From the NCBI GenBank assembly GCA_046754105.1, contig JBHHVD010000095.1:1-11283 (forward strand): a DNA stretch of 11,283 bases, in the 5' to 3' direction. Shown here piece by piece: positions 1-6,901 of the stretch. This DNA comes from Candidatus Krumholzibacteriia bacterium (GTDB taxonomy: Bacteria > Krumholzibacteriota > Krumholzibacteriia > WVZY01). A model generated the notes under the pieces. That model was not told where the DNA came from, searched no databases, and worked only from the letters and a program-made list of their open reading frames with translations. The position numbers were made by a program, and so were the translations under genes. Within the stretch, counting starts at the first letter, position 1; each line of letters starts with the position of its first letter.

Positions 1-364
1 CCATCTCGATCGCTTCCTTTACCGTGCGCGGGTAGGTGACGAACACCGGGTACGCATCACGCAGCCGGTCGATGTGGTGCTTGCGGTTCTCTTCCTTGTT
101 GGCGATGACGAGATCGGGCGCGAGTGTTTCGATCCTATCGAACGAAAAGCCCTTGGTGCCGCCGACCTTTGCGATGGACGCGACCGCCTCGGCAGGGTGA
201 ACGCAATACCCGGTAATCCCCACCAGCCGCCCGCCGGCACCCAGTTCGATCAGCGACTCGGTAATGCTCGGCACCAGGGACACGATGCGCTTGGGCGGCC
301 CGGCGAGCCGAAGTTCATCGCCCAGTGCATCCGTCAATACGATTGCATCTGCGTCGTTGCCCAC
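1..364 (-). CDS. Helical-backbone metal receptor / BtuF-like (cobalamin/Fe-siderophore type) substrate-binding protein; 3' end runs off the left edge of the window
   Basis: Not in the ORF track because it has no stop in the window. Manual translation from GTG at 364 gives MGNDADAIVLTDALGDELRLAGPPKRIVSLVPSITESLIELGAGGRLVGITGYCVHP...KVGGTK...RIETLAPDLVIANKEENRK...VFVTYPRTVKEAIEM. The RIVSLVPSxTE, VGxTxYC, VGGTK and PDLVIANKEEN motifs are typical of this family. SD GGAGGAG (complement of 371-377) lies 6 nt upstream. Confidence 0.9.
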   Translation of the reverse strand, partial: MGNDADAIVLTDALGDELRLAGPPKRIVSLVPSITESLIELGAGGRLVGITGYCVHPAEAVASIAKVGGTKGFSFDRIETLAPDLVIANKEENRKHHIDRLRDAYPVFVTYPRTVKEAIEM

Positions 365-398
365 GCGTAACTCCTCCGGGAATCGTCTGCAGCGCATC

Positions 399-523
399 GC
401 GGGTCAGGAAGGGCGGGGATCGACGTCGCTTGAGCCGTAATTCCGCAGCGCGCTCTGACCTTTAGACGCGCGCGAGGACCATGGAGGCGAAGGCGACGTC
501 GATCCCCGCCTCCCCCTACCCGC
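399..523 (-). repeat. Long imperfect hairpin with a perfect 18-bp inverted-repeat core; candidate structured RNA or 5' leader
   Basis: GGCGGGGATCGACGTCGC (412-429) is the exact reverse complement of 493-510. Pairing extends outward (399-411 with 512-523, two G-U pairs on the minus strand) and there is an inner stem around 442-478. Confidence 0.75.
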
Positions 524-531
524 CCGGGCCA

Positions 532-546
532 ATTATACTATATAAT
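532..546. promoter_or_regulatory. Back-to-back sigma70-type -10 hexamers (divergent promoters for the btuF-like gene and uvrC)
   Basis: ATTATA-CTA-TATAAT: perfect TATAAT on + at 541-546 and on - at 537-532, forming an AT island in GC-rich DNA between divergent genes. No clear -35 elements. Confidence 0.65.
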
Positions 547-580
547 GAGGGTGGAAACCGCCCGCCGCGAGGCACCAACG

Positions 581-2419
581 ATGAACCGATCGATCACCGA
601 CGAAAAACTCAAAGCCCAGCTCCCGCGCCTGCCGCGCGAGCCCGGGGTCTACCTGTTCAAGGACGACAAGGGCCGAATCATCTACGTGGGCAAGGCCAAG
701 GAGCTTCGCACCCGTGTGCGCAGCTATTTCCGCGAGGGCGGGGACGGCCGTTACCACATCCAGTTTCTGATCCAGCGTATCGCCGCGCTCGAGGTTATGG
801 TCACCGGCACCGAGCAAGAGGCGCTGATCCTCGAGAACAACCTCATCAAGAAACACCGGCCTCGGTACAACATTTTCCTGCGGGACGACAAGACCTACGT
901 CCACGTGCGGCTCAACGTCGACCACCCGTTTCCGCGCCTCACCGTCGTGCGCACACCCAAAAAGGACAAGGCGCGCTACTTCGGACCGTACGCATCCGCC
1001 GGCTCGGTACGCTCGACGCTCCGCATGCTCGGCAAAGTCTTCCCCATGCGTACCTGCAGCGACCGGGAACTCACCAGCCGCAATCGACCCTGTCTCTACT
1101 ATTATATACAGCGCTGCCCTGGTCCCTGCGTCGGGCTAGCCGATGGGCAGAGCTACCAGGACACCGTTGCCAAGGTAACGATGTTTCTCAAGGGCCGCGG
1201 CGATGAACTGCAAAAGACACTCAAAGACAAGATGGGGCTGCAATCGGCCGAGCGCCGCTACGAAGAGGCCTCGAGAACCCGCGACCAGCTCTTTTCCGTG
1301 CAGCGCACGCTCGAGAGACAACGCATCTCATCACCGAAGAAGGCGGAGCGGGACATCTTCGGCGTCTACCGCGAGAAGGAGAGGATGGTCATCCAGGGTC
1401 TCTACGTGCGGGACGGCAAGATGAGCGGCGGCGAGGCCTTTGTCTTCGATAACGCGGGGCTCACGACGGGCGAGCACGTGGCGTCTTTTCTCAACCAGTA
1501 CTACCAGCGCGGCGCGGTCATTCCCTCTTCGATCCTCCTGTCCACGGATATTGAGGAAAAGGAAGCGCTCGAGAGCTATCTCGCCGAGCGGCGCGAGGCG
1601 CCGGTGCGCATACGCCGCCCGCAGCGCGGCGACCTCAAGAAACAAGTGGAACTCGCCGTTCGCAACGCAAAACTCGCCCTCGAAAAGCACGGCGGCCGCA
1701 ACAAGGAACTACTGGAAGAGCTCCAGGACCTGCTCGAGCTCAAGTCGTTTCCACGCCGCATCGAGTGCTACGATGTCTCGAACTTTCAGGGCAAGGACGC
1801 GGTGGCCTCGGGGGTTACGTTCATCGACGGCGAGCCGGCGAAATCGCTCTACCGCCACTACAAGGTGCGGACCGTGGAAGGGGCGGACGACACCGGCATG
1901 ATGCGGGAGGTGCTGGAGCGCCGTCTCGCCCGCGGTATCAAGGACGGCGACCTTCCGGAGCTCTTGCTCGTAGACGGCGGCCGCGGCCAGCTGAACGTTG
2001 CGCGCAAGGTGCTCGACCGCCTGGGACTGGCAGAGCTGGACACACTCGGTATCGCCAAGGTTCGGGACGAGAGCCGGAGGCGAAAGATTCGGGGCAAGGA
2101 GCGGATCTACTCGCCGCACCTGCCAGAGGCGCTCCTTCTCGAAGGCAACTCGGAGGCGCTCTATCTCCTGCAGCGCATCCGGGATGAGGCGCACCGTTTC
2201 GCCATCACCCACCACCGCAAGGTGCGTGGTAAAGAACTCCGTGCATCCCTGCTCGACGACGTGCCCGGGATCGGGCCGGTGCTCAAACGCCGCCTCCTCG
2301 CCGCTTTCGGCAGCCTCGACGGCATCCGGCGGGCGAGCGCCCCGGAACTGGCGTCGATTCAAGGGGTTTCTAGCCACCTGGCGGCCCGCCTCCGGGAATT
2401 TCTGGACCTGCGGTCTTGA
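581..2419 (+). CDS. uvrC: Excinuclease ABC subunit C
   Basis: GIY-YIG domain (PGVYLF...IIYVGKAKELRTRVRSYF, EALILENNLIKKHRPRYN), Cys-rich segment (TC...RPCLYYYIQRCPGPC), RNase H-like domain (RIECYDVSN, LLLVDGGRGQL, LQRIRDEAHRFAITHHR) and C-terminal HhH (LDDVPGIGP). ATG 581 is preferred over 545 because 545 lies inside the TATAAT box and GAGG precedes 581. Confidence 0.98.
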   Translation: MNRSITDEKLKAQLPRLPREPGVYLFKDDKGRIIYVGKAKELRTRVRSYFREGGDGRYHIQFLIQRIAALEVMVTGTEQEALILENNLIKKHRPRYNIFLRDDKTYVHVRLNVDHPFPRLTVVRTPKKDKARYFGPYASAGSVRSTLRMLGKVFPMRTCSDRELTSRNRPCLYYYIQRCPGPCVGLADGQSYQDTVAKVTMFLKGRGDELQKTLKDKMGLQSAERRYEEASRTRDQLFSVQRTLERQRISSPKKAERDIFGVYREKERMVIQGLYVRDGKMSGGEAFVFDNAGLTTGEHVASFLNQYYQRGAVIPSSILLSTDIEEKEALESYLAERREAPVRIRRPQRGDLKKQVELAVRNAKLALEKHGGRNKELLEELQDLLELKSFPRRIECYDVSNFQGKDAVASGVTFIDGEPAKSLYRHYKVRTVEGADDTGMMREVLERRLARGIKDGDLPELLLVDGGRGQLNVARKVLDRLGLAELDTLGIAKVRDESRRRKIRGKERIYSPHLPEALLLEGNSEALYLLQRIRDEAHRFAITHHRKVRGKELRASLLDDVPGIGPVLKRRLLAAFGSLDGIRRASAPELASIQGVSSHLAARLREFLDLRS

Positions 2420-2444
2420 CACGGTTCCGCTATCCCTTTATCAT
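2416..2444 (+). promoter_or_regulatory. Near-consensus sigma70 promoter for the propeller lipoprotein gene
   Basis: TTGACA (2416-2421, overlapping the uvrC stop codon), 17-nt spacer, TATCAT (2439-2444). Confidence 0.75.
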
Positions 2445-2589
2445 TCAACCGATACCGAAAACATGTACAGGTTTGTACCCTGCCTTTCGGTTTCCCCCAC
2501 CAAGACATAAGGAATGAATTCACGACTTGGGTTCCCATTATTAGTGGCACGACATGTACGAGAGTAGCGGACTGCTCAGGAGGTCGCTG

Positions 2590-3678
2590 TTGTTGAAAAG
2601 AATCAATTACGTGGCGCTGGTTATGTTGCTGTTGTGGGTATCGGGTTGCGGGGAGACGGATCGTCCGCCTGCGCCGCCTCCGCCTCCGCAGATAGGGATC
2701 GAACGATTCAACGCCGGCTCGCCCAACGCGAGTTTTCGCCTGCCGGACAACGAGGTATTCGATATTCTCGTCGACAGCCAGGGCCGCACCTGGTTCAGCA
2801 CCGAGGCGGGGATCGCCATGCGCGACGGCACGCAGCCGATCGTCAACTTCGACGACTTCAACGGCATTCCCAACCGCAAGTGTCGTGGCATCGCAGAACT
2901 GAACGGCAAGATCTGGGTGGGCACGTGGGGTGGTGGGGTCGCGTGGTGGGACGGCAACGTCACGTGGACGGCGCTTCCCGTCGGGGTGACACGCGTGGTC
3001 GACGGACAGGTGTTCGATCTCGCGGCAGACGACTCATCGTTGTGGATTGCCACCGTCGCCGGTCTCAGCCAGTACGTCGATGACGACACCCGCCCGATGG
3101 CAGACCGCTTTCACCAGCACACCGACCGGCTCGGCGGCCGTGCGGGCGACAACGTCATCACTTCGGTCGCCGTCAACAGCGATTCCACCGAGGTTTGGGT
3201 ATCCAAGCTGCCAACGGTGAGCGACCCGGGTGGCGGCATTACGATTCTCGAGGTTCCGGACCCCGATCCGGGCCTGCCGGGAGGCGAGATACAGGTTCGT
3301 ACCGACAACACCGCCATTCCCGACAAACGCGTCAGCGAGGTCGTCCTAAACCCGGCCACCGGGATCATCTGGGCATCCTTTCCCGACGCCGGGCTCGCCT
3401 CCGTCGATCCGGCGAACAGCGTGTGGACCCACTTTACGACGGTGGAGGGTTTTTTCAGCGACCTGGCGCAGTCCGTGGCGCTGCGCTCCAACGGCGAGGT
3501 CTGGGTCGGCACGCTCAAGGGTGTCTCGCGGATGACGCCGGCGGGAACCATCACGAATTTTATCGGCGGCAGCGGTATGCCGGCCGAGCGGATTCGCAGG
3601 GTGTACGTCGACGGCATGGACCGCGTGTGGTTGTCCTTCGTGGGCGCCGGCGCGGGCCGTGTCACGAGCGCACCGTAA
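2590..3678 (+). CDS. Lipoprotein with a single ~7-bladed beta-propeller (two-component regulator propeller-like repeats)
   Basis: AGGAGG at 2578-2583 supports a TTG start at 2590 or 2593 rather than ATG 2554. Signal peptide II MLKRINYVALVMLLLWVSG|C, Pro-rich linker RPPAPPPPPQ, then seven blade-like repeats (e.g. VFDILVDSQGRTWFST, IAELNGKIWVGT, VFDLAADDSSLWIAT, VALRSNGEVWVGT, VYVDGMDRVWLS). Confidence 0.8.
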   Translation: MLKRINYVALVMLLLWVSGCGETDRPPAPPPPPQIGIERFNAGSPNASFRLPDNEVFDILVDSQGRTWFSTEAGIAMRDGTQPIVNFDDFNGIPNRKCRGIAELNGKIWVGTWGGGVAWWDGNVTWTALPVGVTRVVDGQVFDLAADDSSLWIATVAGLSQYVDDDTRPMADRFHQHTDRLGGRAGDNVITSVAVNSDSTEVWVSKLPTVSDPGGGITILEVPDPDPGLPGGEIQVRTDNTAIPDKRVSEVVLNPATGIIWASFPDAGLASVDPANSVWTHFTTVEGFFSDLAQSVALRSNGEVWVGTLKGVSRMTPAGTITNFIGGSGMPAERIRRVYVDGMDRVWLSFVGAGAGRVTSAP

Positions 3679-3699
3679 CGCTGATGTCGTGTCCCGGGA

Positions 3700-3752
3700 C
3701 GCGCGTGGCTATACCGCGCGGGTGGCGCCGATGGGGCCCCCCAGCTCTTTTC
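3700..3752. terminator. Possible terminator hairpins between convergent genes
   Basis: Two short GC-rich imperfect stems (CGCGTGG-ctata-CCGCGCG; GGGTGGCGCC-gat-GGGGCCCCC) followed by a CTCTTTTT tract on +. The stems are imperfect and the T-tract is offset from them. Confidence 0.3.
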
Positions 3753-3766
3753 CTTGATGGATCGAA

Positions 3767-4918
3767 TCAGATCTCCAGGAACCTCGGAAACCGGGTCAGT
3801 TTTTCCACACCCGTCTTCGTTACCAGAACCGTATCCTCGATGCGAACGCCGCCGTGCGGGTAATAGTAGAGACCGGGCTCGACGGTCACCACCATCCCTT
3901 TCCGGAGCGCGGCGCTGACCCGTCCGATACGCGGAGGCTCGTGGATCTCGAGGCCGAGCCCGTGACCGGTGGAATGAAAAAAACCCTGCATACGCCCTTT
4001 CTCCACGCCCGTCGAGTAACCGCGGTCGCCGAAGAGTGCCTCGATCGCTTCGTGCACCGCCCGCCCGTTGGCGCCGTGCCGGATCATGGAGAGCCCGAGG
4101 CGGTGTCCGGCGTGGACGGCGCGATACATTTTCTGGATGGTCTCGGAGGCCCGGCCGCGGACCACGGTGCGGGTCATATCGGCAAAATAGCCGCTCGCCT
4201 CCGACCGCGGAAACAGGTCGATGATCACCGGCTCCCCGGCGCGTATCGGACCGGAGCCGACGTCGTGCGGGTCGCATCCCTGCCTGCCGGGGGCGACGAT
4301 CGTGTTGCTGGGCAGGTAGCCCAGGGCGAGAACGGTGGTGTTGATGACGGAGCGCAGCCGGTCCGCCGTAAGACGCCTGCTCTTATGGATCAGGTATCCG
4401 TTTCGAATCGCGCTTCGCGCGAGCACGTCGACCGCCGCTCTCATTCCTTTTTCCGTGGCACGGCACGCTTTCCGTATTTCACGTATTTCCACGTCGGTCT
4501 TGATGGCGCGTTCCGGGTAGAACGGCTCCGGCAGCGCGGTAACCCGTATGCCGAGAGTGCGCAGGCGATCGGCGACCCCGAGCGGAAAGCGCTGCGGTAC
4601 CGAAACCCCCCGGATCCGCAGGTGCCGTAGCACGGCGGCGATGACGCCGGCCGCTCCGGCGCGGCGGCCGTATTTTTTGACGGCGAGCGACGCAAAAAAG
4701 CTGAGCGAGTGGACGGCGTGCGCGGTGGATTGCGTTCTGGCACGGCCGAGTTCCAGATCGCTCATGACCAGGTGCCGCCTGCCCGCCGCCGTCCGAACGA
4801 AAATGAACGGGTCGGGTGCGTGGAACCGCGTCGCATAGAGGATGTCGGCGTCATTTTCGCTGGCGGCGTACATGAGCACGTTCTTGCCTCGATGCCGCGC
4901 GCGAACGCGTCTCGTCAT
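3767..4918 (-). CDS. Xaa-Pro aminopeptidase/dipeptidase (peptidase M24B family)
   Basis: Pita-bread metal-ligand motifs VIIDLFP, YFADMTRT, HSTGHGLGLEIHE, VTVEPGLY and GVRIEDTVLV. SD AGGAG precedes the ATG at 4918, so the ORF-track start at 4951 is less likely. Confidence 0.95.
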   Translation of the reverse strand: MTRRVRARHRGKNVLMYAASENDADILYATRFHAPDPFIFVRTAAGRRHLVMSDLELGRARTQSTAHAVHSLSFFASLAVKKYGRRAGAAGVIAAVLRHLRIRGVSVPQRFPLGVADRLRTLGIRVTALPEPFYPERAIKTDVEIREIRKACRATEKGMRAAVDVLARSAIRNGYLIHKSRRLTADRLRSVINTTVLALGYLPSNTIVAPGRQGCDPHDVGSGPIRAGEPVIIDLFPRSEASGYFADMTRTVVRGRASETIQKMYRAVHAGHRLGLSMIRHGANGRAVHEAIEALFGDRGYSTGVEKGRMQGFFHSTGHGLGLEIHEPPRIGRVSAALRKGMVVTVEPGLYYYPHGGVRIEDTVLVTKTGVEKLTRFPRFLEI

Positions 4919-4960
4919 GATAGTCTCCTGCCGGGTTCTTACGGGGCACAAAACCGCGTT

Positions 4961-5007
4961 ATCGTGGCAATTTTGTTTTTGCTTGTAAAGCTGAAAAGGG
5001 GTATGAT
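4961..5007. promoter_or_regulatory. Overlapping divergent sigma70-like promoters
   Basis: + strand: TTGCTT (4979-4984), 17 nt, TATGAT (5002-5007). - strand: TTTACA (4989-4984), 17 nt, CACGAT (4966-4961) with an upstream TGn extension. Confidence 0.5.
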
Positions 5008-5126
5008 CATCGAGGCATCGTTTCCGGAGCGGCGAAGGCGCTATCCACCGCGCAGCGGTCCTCCCGTCCGGCGTCTCTTATAACCCGACTTCTCCCAAAT
5101 CTGATTGCTCCCGACTGGAGTCCCTG

Positions 5127-5963
5127 GTGCAGATCGATCTCCACATGCATTCGAACTTTTCCGACGGCCGCCACGCGCCCACGCAGCTGGTCGAAATGGC
5201 GTTGGACAAGGGGCTGGCCGCGATCAGCCTTACCGACCACGACAGCCTCGAAGGCGTACCCGAGTTCATGGAGGCGGGTCGCGAGAAGGGCGTCGAAACC
5301 GTGCCCGGTGTGGAACTCAGCGCGGAATTCGATGGGCGCGACCTGCACATTCTGGGGTACGGCGTCGACCCCGATGATTCGGCGTTCCAGGAGATGCTGA
5401 AGAAGTTCCGGGACACCCGCTACAAGAGAGGCATCAAGATCGTCGAAAGACTGAACGCGCTCGGTGTGTCCATCGACCCCGCGGACGTCCTGGCCAAGGC
5501 GGGCAAGGGCGCGCTCGGCCGGCCGCACATCGCCTCGGTGCTGGTCGAGAAGGGCATCGTGCCCCGGGTCGCCGATGCGTTCGACAAATACATCGCCGAC
5601 GGCGGGCCTGCCTACGTTCCCAAGTACAAGATGAATCCCACAGAGGCGATCGAGCACGTGCACGCGGCCGGCGGATTGGCCTTCGTCGCGCACCCCGGTA
5701 TTTTTCTCGATAAAGTGGAGGAAATGGACGAGCTCCTCTCCCGGGGCTTCGACGGCGTCGAGGTGTTTCATCCGTCACACAACGGTACCGTCACGGAAGA
5801 GCTGCAGTCCCTGGCCGAGCGGCGGGGTCTCCTCGTCTCGGGCGGGTCGGATTTCCACGGCTTCAATGGCAAGCACATGCCGATCGGCGCGGTCAAGGTG
5901 CCGTACACCGTGTGGACTACGATTCAGAAAGCGATCGCGAGCCGGAGGGGGAACCATGGTTGA
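5127..5963 (+). CDS. PHP-domain metal-dependent phosphoesterase (YciV/TrpH, RNase AM-like family)
   Basis: Motifs DLHMHSNFSDG, SLTDHD, GVELS, HILGY, GRPHIA, AHP and GGSDFHG. GTG start with GGAG upstream. Confidence 0.95.
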   Translation: MQIDLHMHSNFSDGRHAPTQLVEMALDKGLAAISLTDHDSLEGVPEFMEAGREKGVETVPGVELSAEFDGRDLHILGYGVDPDDSAFQEMLKKFRDTRYKRGIKIVERLNALGVSIDPADVLAKAGKGALGRPHIASVLVEKGIVPRVADAFDKYIADGGPAYVPKYKMNPTEAIEHVHAAGGLAFVAHPGIFLDKVEEMDELLSRGFDGVEVFHPSHNGTVTEELQSLAERRGLLVSGGSDFHGFNGKHMPIGAVKVPYTVWTTIQKAIASRRGNHG

Positions 5964-6034
5964 AGTCGGCAGCCCGGTGCGGTGTCAAGGTGGAAGGACA
6001 CAAACGCGCGCTGCTCGATGCGCTCAGCGCTTGA
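5956..6034 (+). pseudogene. Probable remnant of an internally deleted bcp/peroxiredoxin-Q gene
   Basis: Strong SD (GGAGGGGG) and ATG overlapping the PHP stop give MVEVGSP. After a +1 frame change the sequence reads GVKVEGHKRALLDALSA* (stop 6032-6034). These resemble the N-terminus (M-x-x-V-G-x-x-APDF) and C-terminus (VKVxGHxxxVLxAL) of BCP-type peroxiredoxins as I recall them. Confidence 0.55.
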
Positions 6035-6716
6035 TCACGCGGTAGCGCAGGAACACCTCGTCGTCGCGGCGGCGGCATGAGCGAAGCTCGAGGCGGATGT
6101 GCGAGGCGCGAAGGAATCCCGTGCCGTCGACGGCCGTCGGCGCGCCGCGCCCGCCGAGGATCCTCGGCGTGAGCGTCAGGTACATCTCATCCACCAGGTT
6201 CTGCTCCAAGAACGAGTAATTCAACTCGCCTCCACCCTCGAGCAGGACGCGTTTCACTCCCCTTTTGGAAAGCTGTGCCAGAACGTCGGTGGGCCGGATC
6301 CGTTTCCGGGCCAGCACGATGACCGAAGCGTGTTTCTCGAAGCGGCGGACACGGGCGGCGGGGGCGGCCCGCGTCGTCAGGACGAGGCGCTCCGTCTCGG
6401 CGTGGGTGAAGAATTGCCGTCCGGGGCTCAAGTCGAGGCGGGCGCTCGGCACCACGTTCAATGGGTGCGGGGCGCCCCGCCGCCGCCGCCGCCCGGCCCT
6501 CAGGCCCGCGTCCCGAACCCGGATCGCCCAGCCGTCCGAACGCACGGTGCCGGCCCCTACGACGACGGCATCCGCCCGCGCGCGCAGGACGTCCATCAGG
6601 CGGCGGTCCTCGGCGGAGCCCAGCGGAAACGACTCGCGGCGCCGGGTCGCGATCTTGCCGTCGGCGGAGATGGCCACGTTGAGGGTGACGTAGGGCGCGG
6701 TCGGGGTCTTGGGCAT
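6024..6716 (-). CDS. RibD C-terminal domain / dihydrofolate-reductase-like pyrimidine reductase (stand-alone, no deaminase domain)
   Basis: Motifs PYVTLNVAISADGKIA, LRARADAVVVGAGTVRSD, LLEGGGELNYSFL and VDEMYLTLTPRILGG. No HxE/PCxxC deaminase domain. Confidence 0.92.
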   Translation of the reverse strand: MPKTPTAPYVTLNVAISADGKIATRRRESFPLGSAEDRRLMDVLRARADAVVVGAGTVRSDGWAIRVRDAGLRAGRRRRRGAPHPLNVVPSARLDLSPGRQFFTHAETERLVLTTRAAPAARVRRFEKHASVIVLARKRIRPTDVLAQLSKRGVKRVLLEGGGELNYSFLEQNLVDEMYLTLTPRILGGRGAPTAVDGTGFLRASHIRLELRSCRRRDDEVFLRYRVIKR

Positions 6717-6747
6717 AATTCCACGCAGATCAAGGGGTTACTTGGGC

Positions 6748-6756
6748 AGTATAGCA
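6748..6756 (-). promoter_or_regulatory. Extended -10 promoter for the RibD-like gene
   Basis: TGC-TATACT on the minus strand (6756-6748), about 30 nt upstream of ATG 6716. Confidence 0.55.
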
Positions 6757-6901
6757 ACGGCGGCCGGCCGGATGAACCTCTTTTCTCGGCTCGGGCCCTC
6801 CGGGGCGGTGGAACTTTTGGCCGCTGCCCGACGTAGAATAGACAGACGAACCAGTCTGTTTTGCCCTTTTCTTCGCGAAAACCACCTGTGAAACACGCAT
6901 G

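Noticed and set aside
74..370. 98-aa + strand ORF (and the 73-aa minus-strand ORF 19-240) from the ORF track
   Set aside because: The real gene is in another minus-strand frame starting at GTG 364, with a strong SD and clear binding-protein motifs.
378..530. Cobalamin riboswitch upstream of the btuF-like gene
   Set aside because: Expected from context, but I find no B12-box or GCCACUG-type conserved elements on the minus strand. The region is a single long hairpin instead.
2465..2478. LexA/SOS box near uvrC
   Set aside because: The GTAC dyad lies downstream of uvrC, and its N6 spacing does not match the GAAC/GTAC-N4 LexA motifs I know. No SOS box was recognised upstream of uvrC.
5956..6045. 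29-aa uninterrupted ORF MVEVGSPVRCQGGRTQTRAARCAQRLITR as a functional small protein
   Set aside because: The part after residue 8 looks like out-of-frame read-through. The +1 frame carries the BCP-like C-terminus, so a deletion remnant explains the sequence better.
6830..6875. c-di-GMP-I riboswitch-like start (AAGGGCAAA plus stem) on the minus strand; TPP or FMN riboswitch in the same intergenic region
   Set aside because: It lacks the GAAA tetraloop and the GACGCAAAG segment of c-di-GMP-I. No CUGAGA (TPP) or FMN core motifs were seen.
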